Position numbers and translations under genes: made by a program. From contig NC_042999.1 of NCBI RefSeq assembly GCF_006345805.1, positions 133,238,001 through 133,302,000 of the forward strand: a stretch of 64,000 nucleotides of DNA, in the 5' to 3' direction. This document shows positions 53,030 to 64,000 of this stretch, in pieces. The notes below the pieces were generated by a model. That model had not been told where the DNA came from and ran no database searches. It worked only from the letters and a program-made list of their open reading frames with translations. The DNA is from Octopus sinensis. Taxonomy: Eukaryota. Positions within the stretch are counted from its first letter, which is position 1. Every line of letters begins with the position of its first letter.

Positions 53030-54297
53030 ATTTGATCCAAGAATCAATTAATCTTAGCTATTTAAAGATTTTGTTGATACACCATATAATTAACAGATTC
53101 CTTGTGATGAATTCTTCAAGTGTTTATTGTTCCATCGTATTGATTTCGCGCCTGGAGGCACAGACGACGGTTATGTTAGCTACTGTTAATTTATTTGGTA
53201 ATCCTGCCAAGGAATTGAACATATAAACAGAGTACTCTATAATTAAACACGAAGAACCAAAAGGTGAAGGTCAAATGTAAAGTTGTTTTTACTGTCTTCA
53301 AGTATTCGCCAGAAGCGTTAATTAGCGCGATAAATAAACTCATTCCGAATGTCAGACTAAACCACGCTATGAATAAATTTCCAATAGATTATGATGCTTC
53401 ATATATAATTAATGTGGAGTTGAAGTTTTTTAAAATAATAAATATACTATGATATATATATAATCCGAATTCCACCGAAATACAACGCCTAAGTACAACG
53501 TTCATTTGTCCGGTGAAGCTGAAATAAGAACGGGAAAATTGCTGGCAATAACAAATGCTAACATAGAGCCAGGTTCTTTCTTTTGCTTACACCAAAACAT
53601 GTTTGTGTGTGTGCGTTTTAGGAATTATGGGCTATTGTTTACACAATGCATAAATCAAATGCATACTTTAATTTTCAGAGTTGTAAAAACAAAAAAAGCA
53701 AAAACAAAACCTACATAAATTCTGGTTCTTAGCCAGAGCGTACAAGCATCAGAGAAGCTATAGGTTTGTCCTATATCGTAACGCATAAATCATAATCTTG
53801 AAAACTATATACAACGTTGAAAATACTTTCACCTGGTGAGAGTTGTAATTGTCTGGAGCTGTAAAAACATCAGCTTCAGCAATTATGTCGAATATTTTCT
53901 TGTTTATTCTTACTACTCGACAGAAAATACATAAAACTTGAGATGTTAGGATTTTCGACAACAAACAAGTCAGTATTTGTTGACGGGGAGTTGTAGCTGG
54001 GAGTCAGTTTTTGTTATTTATATCATCAGACGCTGTGTATAAATTGATTAGGGGGAAAGTTTCATCTAACAACATTGCAAGGAAAATAGAGAACAGCAAA
54101 AATGTGACGCCGTAATTAGAAAACGGTGAGTAATGAATGTATGTTAACAACTTGGCGGAGAAAGTTAAACAAATGCTTATGTACATATCATCAAAGTGGG
54201 TTATGGTTATAAGAAAACCATTATTATAGGGAAATAGTAATATATCATAGATACCGAGACTATAATAATATTCTAATAATACTGCTTTCATGTTCAA
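53030..54297 (-). pseudogene. Candidate decayed intronless multi-pass membrane protein gene, gustatory-receptor-like
   Basis: One frame from 54297 to 53758 has 180 codons with a single stop; a shifted frame continues ~200 codons with 5 stops. About 7 hydrophobic segments. Motifs LLEYYYSLGIY, KRTHTNM...SMLAFVIASNFP, AWFSLTFGMSLF and KLTVANITVV resemble GRL hallmarks by eye. Confidence 0.4.
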
Positions 54298-54659
54298 TTA
54301 CAAGACCACTCATTTACAGAGGGGAGAAAGAACTTGTGTGAACTTAATGTTTTTTAAAGGGTATTAAAGGCTAATACGAAACGAATTAGCTTACGCCAAA
54401 GTTGTAAAAACGTTTGGCGAATTTAGTTCAGCGGAATATTATCTCTTATCAACACCTCAAACATAATAGAAAATTTGGTAGAAGTGGACTTTATAATCGA
54501 CTGCATCGGTTCATGTATTTGTGATAGTTGTATAAAGGTTCGAAAGATTATATTAGTACCACTTGGAATTGAACTCAGAATTTAGAGGTGGCGAACTAAA
54601 TATTTGTTAAGTTCGGTCTCAATCAAAATTAAAGGTGGTATAAATAATTACTGGTTCCT

Positions 54660-54900
54660 AAGGCGGCGCGCTGGCAGAAACGTTAGCACGCCGGCCGAAA
54701 TGCTTTGCAGAATTTAGTCTGCCGCTACGTTCTGAGTTCAAATTCCGCCGAGGTCGACTTTGCCTTTCATCTTTTCGGGGTCGATAAATTAAGTACCAGT
54801 TACGCACTGGGGGTCAATGTAATCGACTTAATCCGTTTGTCTGTCCTTGTTTGTCCTCTCTGTGTTTAGCCGCTTGTGGGTAGTAAAGGAATAGGTATAA
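54660..54900 (+). mobile_element. Full-length SINE family D
   Basis: AAGGCGGCGCGCTGGCAGAAACGTTAGC...GGTAGTAAAGGAATAGGTAT. Confidence 0.9.
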
Positions 54901-55879
54901 ATAATTACTGATTCCTTTTGAAAGCGTATGAAGGACAGCTTTTGTAGAAGCAATTGAAACGATTCGAGTATTGTACTGGCATTTATTCTATCAAGTGCAG
55001 ACAACCCAGGAGGATTTATGAAAATATTGTTTGTCATTTGTCAAAACTGTTGTAACAGTTCGTCTATCTTCCTTGATAGTATGCAGCCTTTTGGTTTAGG
55101 TGCAACTTCCTATATTTGTAAGGGACACCACGTTCATGCGTTTCTCTACATGATTAGCTGTGTAAGTGAAATTAATTTGGAGCAACATAAAATGGACACA
55201 GGGTTGCCATCTCAACACGCCAGCTTTCGTTTGAATGCTTCTTGACTAGATCCAAATATTTTTTTTTATATCTAAACGAGAAAAAATAAAAAAGTGCAAA
55301 GTTTTATCTTGGAATTGAATAGATGAATTCAATTTTAGCACCTCCATTAACTTATGGTAAATAATATACTGGAATAGAAGACCTGGTTGTAGGTGAATTC
55401 ATAATTTGGTAGGATGTAACTAAATACAAAAGAATGGACCTAATGCTTGACTGTTTCTATGACAGTATAAAATTTAAGCCATACAAATATTGATTTGAAG
55501 ATTGGCAGAAAGGCAGACACCTGAAGGCAATACACGTTCTCAACAAGTGTAATGAATTTACACGTTGTACGAAATGGATCAGTTACACATACGTGGATTC
55601 TTTACATACAGTTGATGTTATTTAACGAAGAAATTTTAGGCTTTTCATAATCAAACGCTGCTGCATCCAAATGTTTTAACAATTGCGAAAATATTAAGCC
55701 GATAGCGAAAGATCCAATTAAAGCATTGCATATGTACGCAACACCCTAAGTTTCTTCGGACCCACCCTGATGAAGCGACCAAATTACTTTCATTTAATTA
55801 ATCTTTGATATTTCAGGTATACAAGTTTGCGTTTATTGTAAATACTGGGGACTAAAAGTGTGAAGAAATTTTATATTTG

Positions 55880-56036
55880 TTTATTCTCTTACTTGTTTCA
55901 GTCATTTGACTGCGGCCATGCTGGAACACCACATTTAATCGAACAAATCGCCCCCCTCCACCGGACTTATTCTTTGTAAGCCTAGTACTTATTCTATTTG
56001 TCTCTTTGCCGAAACGCTAAGTTACACACACACACA

Positions 56037-56104
<68 letters not shown>

Positions 56105-56645
56105 CACACGACGGGTTCTTTCAGATTCCGTCTACCAAATCCACTCACAAAGCTTTGGTCGGCCTGATAAGTTCTTTTGCCGAACTGTTATGTTATGGAA
56201 ATGTAAACAAACCAGCGTCGGTTGTTAAACAGTCGAGCAATGGGCAGGGGTGGGGGTCTAACACACACACACACATACATAGACATATATGTATAGCTGA
56301 AGACACTTGCCCAAGGTGCCACTGAACCCGGAACCATGTGGTTGGGAAGCAAGCTTCTTACTGCACAGCCACGCCGGCTCCTATTCGTAACTTAAATTAA
56401 AATTCACAGTTTGTATATCCAGCCTACAACCGGGTTCGGTTCTAACATTGGGTTCAAATTTTTGCACAAAGCCAGCAATTTCGGGGAAGGCGGTAAGTCG
56501 ATTGCATCGTCCCCAGTGTTCATATGAAACTTATTTTATCGACTCTTAAAGGATGAAAGGCATTAGAACTCAGAACGGGGAGTCGGAAGAAATTCTGCTA
56601 AGCATTTTTTTTGTCCAGAGCGGTAATGATTCCGCCAGTTTGCCC
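55880..56645 (-). mobile_element. Rearranged SINE family C (55880-56380) followed by degenerate family D
   Basis: Shared blocks, with an internal duplication of the 3'-half start. Confidence 0.75.
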
Positions 56646-56649
56646 TCTA

Positions 56650-57250
56650 AGATGCAATTTTAATAACGAAGTCCTTTTCCATACAAACATGTATGCTTAA
56701 TATCCAGATTTTGAGGCCCATAGTGCGGGATCCAATTAGAACCTCATATTGACATGTTGCTGAGCGCGTTTCCTTGAGAATTTTTAAGTAGTACAGCTTA
56801 CTTCCAGTAAACCTGGTTTTAGTTAATGTGCTTAAGCGTCTACCATGCATGCTTGGTGCTGAAACAATGAAAATTTTATAGACTTCCAAATTTTTGATAT
56901 CAAATCTTCTAAATTTTTCCCCTCTCCGAACATACATGCATGGGTCGAATGATGCAGCCCATTTTATGACGTTATATTAAACGAATTATATAACTATCCA
57001 GATTATAAACCTCAATAATTTTAACCATCTAATTCACAATTATTTCTTTTCTAAATTACCTCATTTTAATCTAAAATTCATTTTCATAATGTTAACTCCC
57101 CTTCAGTATCACTTCCTGTCGATGACGTTCTTCGACTATTGCAGACACACATATGACAAAAATATCGCGGCAAAGCTGCGTGATACTGGTGTCAGACGTG
57201 GCTTGCAGACCATCATATACCTTGCTTGATATTGTCTTTTTTCTTACATT
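56650..57250 (-). mobile_element. Possible Tc1-like transposase relic
   Basis: YVRRGEKF...FIVSAPSMHG...GSKLYYLKIL loosely fits a Tc1 catalytic-domain pattern. Confidence 0.35.
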
Positions 57251-57620
57251 CCGTTTTATTTTGACATATGCATTGCGTTTTTATTCTTATCTTCTGTTTT
57301 ACGAATTCTGAATGCACATGCGCATTGCGTGTACATTCTTCTTTTCCGGTTCCTACTCAAAACTGTTTACAGATCATAACCATCTGACGAACTACGTTGG
57401 GATTGGTCGAAATTCAGTTGCAGCCATCACATACGTATGTATGTATGCATGTATATATGTATGTATGTATGTATGTATGTAGTATGTATGTATGTATGTA
57501 TGTATGTATGTATGTATGTATGTATGTGTGTGTGTGTGTGTGTGATTCAGTTTTACTTATAGATTTCTTGCCAATAGGGAAAGAGCCGGGTTCTAACCTA
57601 GATCTAAGGCTGGGCGGCTT

Positions 57621-57980
57621 TTAGGGCAACTCATGTACAACGTTGGAAGTTCTCCCGGTTTCTGATTGCTCTAGTGATTCTGAATCCCTTACTCTTCTCA
57701 TGTTGGCTACATTGGAAGCTCTCCTATATTCAGCTTGTTCAGATGTTTCTAATGCCCTTGCTCTCCTCTTAGTAAGAGCATTCGATGCTCTCCTGGATGC
57801 AGCTTGTTCAGGAGTTTGAGAGTCCCTAAGTATTTGCACATTCTAAGCATTGGAAGTTCTCCTGGATGCCGTTTGATCTGGGTTTTCATCTGCACAGGAC
57901 TTTCTTTCCCTCGCTGTAGCCTTGGCTCTTTTGATTGCAGTCTGGTCCTCTGTTGGCTGAGATTTATTTCTACGAGGCAT
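57621..57980 (-). pseudogene. STPR-type 23-aa repeat ORF, N-terminus of a Helitron RepHel-like protein
   Basis: MPRRNK start at 57980; repeats DENPDQTASRRTSNA*NVQILRD / SQTPEQAASRRASNALTKRRARA / LETSEQAEYRRASNVANMRRVRD / SESLEQ...; one in-frame stop. Confidence 0.65.
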
Positions 57981-59169
57981 ACTGCTGCCGAATGCGATAA
58001 GTAACAATAAACTACAGAAGAACTGAAAATTTTTGTTGCATTTAAGTATTACATTAATATTTAAGCCTATCTTTTAAAAGTACGACGATAAATCTTCTGC
58101 CGCCACTTAATTTAAATGACAGTTTGATGTACGTAGGTCCTTACGTTTCGTACAAGTAATTATTTCTATTTCATGGGTAACTTTCGGGAAATTTCGCAAT
58201 TTATTCCGATTATTGCCAAATTTATTTCCAAGTTATAAAATTGTTATATTCATATGCTAACACCTACGTAGTTACGTACGTACGTACCTGTGGTGCATGT
58301 CACACTTAGTTCAAAGGAAGAGATAAAAGGAGAGAAATAAAACTTGTTAAGCAGAAGAAATATAGTTGAAGTAAGAGGCAAAGCAGCAAAAAGTAGGGAG
58401 TAAGAGGGAGTGAAAAAGTGAGAGAGAGAGAGAGAGAGAGAGAGAGGATAGTGAAAGCACTGAGAGGTAAGAGGTTAAACGCAGGAGAAAGGTTAGAGGC
58501 AAAAAGACATAGCGGAGGGAGGAGGAAGAGAGAAATATGTTTAGAGAGATAGATTGAGTGAACGAAAGGAGTGGATAAAGGAAGATGGTGAAAGGGAATG
58601 AAGCTATTCTCAGAGGATAAACGCTGAAAAACTTTTTGTTTTGGATGATATATGATAAAGGCATTGTGACAGTTATTTTATGCAGTTTGAAAGGTAATTG
58701 TATAAAACTTCATGAAAAAATACTTATTTTCCTGAAAGTTATGAAGCGGAAAATGTCAAGTCGTGTGAATTTTCCGAAACTCCTCTCCCTAGACCCTCAG
58801 AAATTTTTTCCAACAAATCTTAATGTACACTCAATCAACAGGATCTAAGCGATTATTTATGGAATTTATGAGGCAATAAAGTCGGTGGGGTATATATCTG
58901 TATGCATGTAATGCCCTTAACTATTCGATAGTTATTAAATGAAGTTACTATTTACAGATGCTTACATTTTTTTTATATTTTCCGTGAAGTTTTCACAGGT
59001 CCATCTAGTAAAAATTTTTATCGTACAAAAAATATCATTGTAGATCCCAAGTTTACGATTTTGTTACTTGGACACCCCACGCGAAAAAAAAAATGTGAAC
59101 CCTCAGGAGCCATCTTCACCTCGATTGAATACCAGTGATCTAGGAGAGGAACACTGATATAAAACCTGC

Positions 59170-59460
59170 GGCTTTATATCATCATTTATTGGTCATCTCG
59201 GTTCGGGCTGTCACTAGGTACTAATCACAGAGATTCGGAGAGCAGTACTCGTGTTGTAGAAGTACAGATGTTTGTTTATGGTGACTTCGTCATTCCATCT
59301 ACCGAAAGTTCTATGGCAACAGAAGAGGAGCGACGTGTGTAGACCTAATAAATTGGAAGCGTGCAGTGTGCTATAACTTCTATCACTTATGCTTCAAATA
59401 CTGCAGATCAGCAACGGGATTGAACAGTCATCTGAGTGGTCATGGATCGTAAGTCATAAA
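59170..59460 (+). mobile_element. Probable RTE-type LINE 3' end
   Basis: NWKRAV...FYHLCFKYCRSATGLNSHLSGHGS* resembles the terminal C2H2-like motif of RTE ORFs. Confidence 0.45.
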
Positions 59461-59514
59461 TGCTATTGACAACGTGGAAGCACAAGGAAATAAATATACA
59501 CACACACACATACA

Positions 59515-59800
59515 TATTTTTCTATTCTTTTACTTGTTTCAGTCATGTGACTGCTGCCATGCCGAAGCACCGCCTTTAGTCGAAAAGATCGACCCCAGGA
59601 CTTAATTTTTGTAAGCCTAGTACTTATTCTATCGGTCTCTTTTGTCAACCTGCTACTTACGAAGACGTTTCTTTCAGTTTCTGTCTACCAAATCCACTCA
59701 CAAAGCTATAGTAGAAGACAAAGTGCCACATAGTCGGACTGAACCTGGAACCATGCGGTTGGTAAGTAAGATACTTATCACACAGCCACGCCTACGCCTG
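59515..59800 (-). mobile_element. SINE family C, internally deleted
   Basis: Both halves present and joined without the microsatellite. Confidence 0.8.
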
Positions 59801-59809
59801 CGCAACAAA

Positions 59810-62800
59810 ATTATTTTATTCCACGCAGATAGAAGTATAAGAAAAATAGAAATTGAAAATGCACTAAGAATAGTTGAAATATTTATTATTATTATTTTTG
59901 AAGCTTTAAACGGTTTCGCAGTTTACACTGATTTTCAAAAAGTTCAATTAGAAAGACGTGGCTTGTGTTGCAGCTGTCCGACTTCTGACTAGTGTTTGAT
60001 GTTTGCCTTTTTTATAGGGAGTTCATGGCTCAAATTAGTATGTGTTTTGAATAGATTTGTATGGTAGAGAATAGTCACATGACTGGTCATAGAAAATTTT
60101 GTAGGTTTCCCGCTACGTCCGTGCATTAGTATCAGTGCCAATGTTCGGCGTCATAAGTTAAGGCTGACACAGTTGATTGAACAAATCCAAACAATCAATG
60201 CTCTGAATGTTTTATGTCAAGTGTTTGTAGAGAATGAACACATGATTAAGTTTTTAACCTTTTGTACATTTCCCGCTATGTCCGTGCGTTAGTGTCACAT
60301 GACAGCATATTTTGCACCTAAAAAGAAGGGCGACACGGTTGAGTGAACATGTTCAGTTATAATCAGAGCACTCCAGATTTAATCTATCCGGTGGAAGAGT
60401 AGACACGAGTCGTTCAATGGCTAAAATTTAGATTAACTGTGTAGCTTCCTTGACAAGTGGAAGAATACATTTTATGTGTAAATGGATATTTGTGTATGTA
60501 CTCTGTTAAAGTTTAAGTCTTGATTTGTACTTTTGTATGAAATTATTTTCTTTGTCTATCCGTGCTTCATCTGTGGTATTCGCTGAACATAGGTAGAGTG
60601 AGAAGACTTGGAATTTGGGAGATATATTTTTTGCACATATGTCTATGTGACCGCTCAGTGGAATCTGTCTAGTACTCGGGTCTCGTATTTGTCGTAGGTG
60701 AATGGTCGGTCAGTCTATTTCTTAGAGTAAGCTTTGTTTGACCTATGTAATCTTCATTACATCCTTGATATTTGATAGCAAATTTAAAATTCTTCATGTA
60801 AAGTAATTTTTTATGGTAAAAGTCTGTATCGATTTGAATTTGTATGTTGCATCTTCAATAAGATTGACACAGGTCTCGCAATTGTGGTGGCCACATATTT
60901 TGGTGTAGGAATTGTGGAACGTAATTTAGCACTTCTAAGGAATTTTTTTGCGGGACTTTGATTGTCTTTATTATTTTGTGTGTTTCGAATGTTTGTTTCA
61001 TTCTTGGATCTTCTTTTAGTAGTGGAACATCCTGGTGGATAATATTGTAAACCTCTGTGTTTCTTGAATTGTGTGTTGTAATTATTTGCTGTATCTGGAG
61101 CGTTTTTCATTTTTCGTAGTTCTTCGATATTTATTGCTTTGGCACGTTCTATTCCGTTGTCTATTAGCATTAATGGATATTGTCTTTTAAGTAGTACTTG
61201 CTTTAGTTCCTGGAGTCTCTTATCGCGAGTTTCAGAGTTTGAGACAATTGTGCAGATTCTTCTTATTAGATTAAGGGGAATATTATCCTACGTGTGTTTG
61301 GGATGGCATGAAGAGAAAAGTAATTATTATGTTGAATCTGATTGTCTGTAGTGAATATCTGTTTCAATAATTTTATTTCCTTTGAGGATTAGTATATCTA
61401 GGAAAGGTAGTTGAGTTTTACAGTATTCCATGGTAAAGTTAATATTATTGTTTATGCTGTTAAGATTTTCGAAATTTATATGTTGTTCAAATATGTACGT
61501 CCATAGGATTAGGCAGTCATCTAAGTAACGTTTCCAGTTTTCTAGTAGATATTTGTGGAAAGTCAAGCCATATATTAATTTAAATTGTTCATACCTCCAT
61601 GTATGGCTTGACTACATTGGCGTAGGTTGGAGGAACTTTTGTCACCATTGCAGTCCCAGATATTTGTTTGTAAGTATTGTCATCGAAGTCAAAAAAGTTG
61701 TTTTCAAGGATAAATTTTAATCTTTCAATGATGAAACTCTACAATTTCATGAGGGAACTTCTCAAGCCAAAACTTTATTGCCACTAGTCCATATTGGGGT
61801 ATGACTGTGGTATATAGGTTTACCACATCAAAAGATACACTAGTGGTATCAGTGTTTATGGATTTTGGGAGGTGGTTTAACAGGTCCGGGTCGTCCCCCA
61901 CTAGACTTGGTACGTATTTTAAAATAGGTTTCAGTATTACATATAAAAAGTTGCTCAGCTTGTGTGTTTCACAGATGGGGCCTCCAACTATTGGTCAATA
62001 TTTAAGGTCGGTTGGGTATTGTATGTTTATGTAACTTGACATAGTTTTTTTACATGCATTCTTAATATTTTGATTTTTATGGATTTGAGGAGACCGTAGA
62101 AGTATCTAGTCTTGCAATCAAAATGGGTTAAGCATTCACATTCCTTGTTAAACCTTTTTTATGTCTGGGAATGAGTGTGTTCAGCTTAGTGATTGTCTTT
62201 GATTTACCTTTTAGTAGTGGGGTATATCTTGTAATATAGATAAGTTATCTCTTTTGTAGTGTTCAATATCCATAATAACTATTGCACTTACCTTATCTGC
62301 TTCTTTAATTATAATATCATTATTGTTTTTCAGTTCTTGTATAATATCCCACTCCTTTCGACTTGTATTGGGCTTGATCTTAGGGTGTGGAAGATCTTTA
62401 TAGGGGATGGTAGAAATATAATCACAAAATTTATCTAAAGCTTTATTCTTGCCTTTCATAGGCTTGTAATTACTCTTGTTTCTTACATTTGAATCGTCCC
62501 TGATGTCTTTATCGTGCAATTCCTCAGTGAGGCGTAGTTTTCTACAGAACTGTGAAATGTCGTTTTGTATTTCACTGGATATAGGGTTTTGCGGTGCTGG
62601 GGTAAATTTTAGGCCTTTTGACAAAATATTAATTTCTTCTATTGAGAAAGTATTTTTTTTGATAAGCCAATTATCTTCGGTTTTTCATCTTCGGGTTGTA
62701 TAATCTGGTGTCGAGTACTCTATTGATTGGATCAAAAACATGATTTTTCAAAGTTTTCCTTTTATTAGTATTTATATATCCGAGGACATTTTCTTTTGTA

Positions 62801-63000
62801 TCGATTTTGTACGTTTGCTATACTGTATTGTGTTTGTTTCTTTTAAGTCGATATTTTTTATCCATTGTGTATGTCGTGAATATTGAGGAAAGTGCAGTCC
62901 AGTCGGAGGGAAAATTTCAATTGTTTTAGTTGGATTATTTCGTTGTCGAAGTAGTCTTGAATTGCCCTTATGGAATTGGTGACTATAATTTCCATATTTA
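59810..63000 (-). mobile_element. Penelope-like element (Neptune-type), near full length, decayed
   Basis: LSKGLKFTP...DIIIKEADKVSAIVIMD; YKQISGTAMVTKVPPTYAN; RYLDD (YLDD at 61516-61527); LPFLDILI; Cys linker KICGHHNCETC; GIY-YIG region GCNEDYIGQT...KENNFIQKY at ~60520-60840; ~700-nt 3' UTR with an HHR relic. Confidence 0.92.
59904..59942 (-). ncRNA. Degenerate hammerhead motif at the PLE 3' end
   Basis: CTTT-TTGAAAA-T-CAGT GTAA ACTG-C-GAAAC C GTT-TAAAG; two core changes relative to CTGAAGA. Confidence 0.55.
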
Positions 63001-63009
63001 GGTGTTTGT

Positions 63010-63460
63010 CGTCCGCCCTAATTGTGGGACCTGCATCAAACTTATTGAAGACACAACATACAAATTCAAATCAGGACAGTCTTTTAGCGTAAAAAATCAC
63101 TTTACATGTTCTTCAAAGAATTTAATATACGCTAGCAAATGTCAAGGATGTAAATATATGTGGGGGGAGCATGAGGGTGCACGCTTGCATCAATATATAC
63201 ATACACACAAAACTATTTGACCGCGTCCACACACCCAGATCGCTAGCCACTACACATTCTTTATTTTCTCTCTTTATTTTCTCTCTCTGTTTCTTTTTGT
63301 GTTCCTTTCTGTGAAAGAGCGTAGGCTCGAAATGTTAAAAACTTTTTCACTTCCCGAGCGTTATACTAATACATCTGTTTGTTTTCTACACCACTTGTCT
63401 TCATCTTTTGTTTTTTGTTTTTTGTGAATTCTCCCTACATATACAACTATATACTTACAC
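63010..63460 (+). mobile_element. Inverted PLE 3' fragment (Cys linker + GIY-YIG start) followed by an HHR-type tail
   Basis: RPNCGTCIKLIEDTTYKFKSGQSFSVKNHFTCSSKNLIYASKCQGC is homologous to 60760-60900 on the opposite strand; 63225-63460 is homologous to 51120-51340. Confidence 0.8.
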
Positions 63461-63779
63461 ATAGTGCCGCTTCCTACCTCCGCTCCAACAACCTGACCGA
63501 CTTCCTGTCCACCACGCGGTCGATTTCCAGTCCACCACGTGATCGATTTCCTGTTAACCATGTGGTTTTTTTTCCAACTAACTGTCGTCACTAATATACG
63601 GTTATACCGACATTATACCACGATACCATGTGACCTTCTTCGACAAATCTCAGCCCACCTTACGGTAATAACAATCAGCTTTCATTCAAATTCAAGATGG
63701 CTGAAGATTAGCATCACCCTTGAAACTCTCGGAATACAACGAATTTGAATCACACTGTTTTGATGCACACGCACACCTA

Positions 63780-63825
63780 CACGCACACGCGCACACACAC
63801 ACATGCACACATATATGTATATATG

Positions 63826-63912
<87 letters not shown>

Positions 63913-63918
63913 AGGGAG

Positions 63919-64000
<82 letters not shown>
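63780..64000. repeat. Compound microsatellite (TA)n(GA)n(GATA)n, representative of dozens in the window
   Basis: Direct reading. Confidence 0.98.

Noticed and set aside
55765-55795. CTGATGAAGCGACC as a hammerhead
   Set aside because: No closing stem II strand or GAAA follows; at most a truncated relic.

Overview
Repeat-saturated, AT-rich eukaryotic DNA, most likely an octopus. This is inferred from the microsatellite load and SINE families resembling octopus tRNA-derived SINEs; the species is not proven. No intact host protein-coding gene is evident, and nearly all ORF-track entries are microsatellite read-throughs. The window holds four or more tRNA-headed SINE families, a Tx1/L1-clade LINE, CR1, RTE and R4/Dong LINE fragments, Tc1/mariner relics, a TIR MITE, Helitron/Helentron-like pieces, a ~3.2 kb decayed Neptune-type Penelope-like element (PLE), and one 100-N gap. 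Three observations stand out. (1) There is a dispersed set of type I hammerhead ribozyme (HHR) motifs from several sequence families, mostly on short modules ending in (TA)n. They include a near-perfect ~210 bp foldback carrying one HHR on each strand. (2) A ~10.85 kb inversion (19358-30207) splits the Tx1 LINE at a 4-bp GGCG microhomology; flipping it back restores the ORF2 frame and a SINE 5' end. (3) A stop-depleted, transmembrane-rich ~400-codon frame at 53030-54297 (-) may be a gustatory-receptor-like pseudogene. All calls are by eye and hand translation. Repeat boundaries are approximate unless TSDs or TIRs are quoted.
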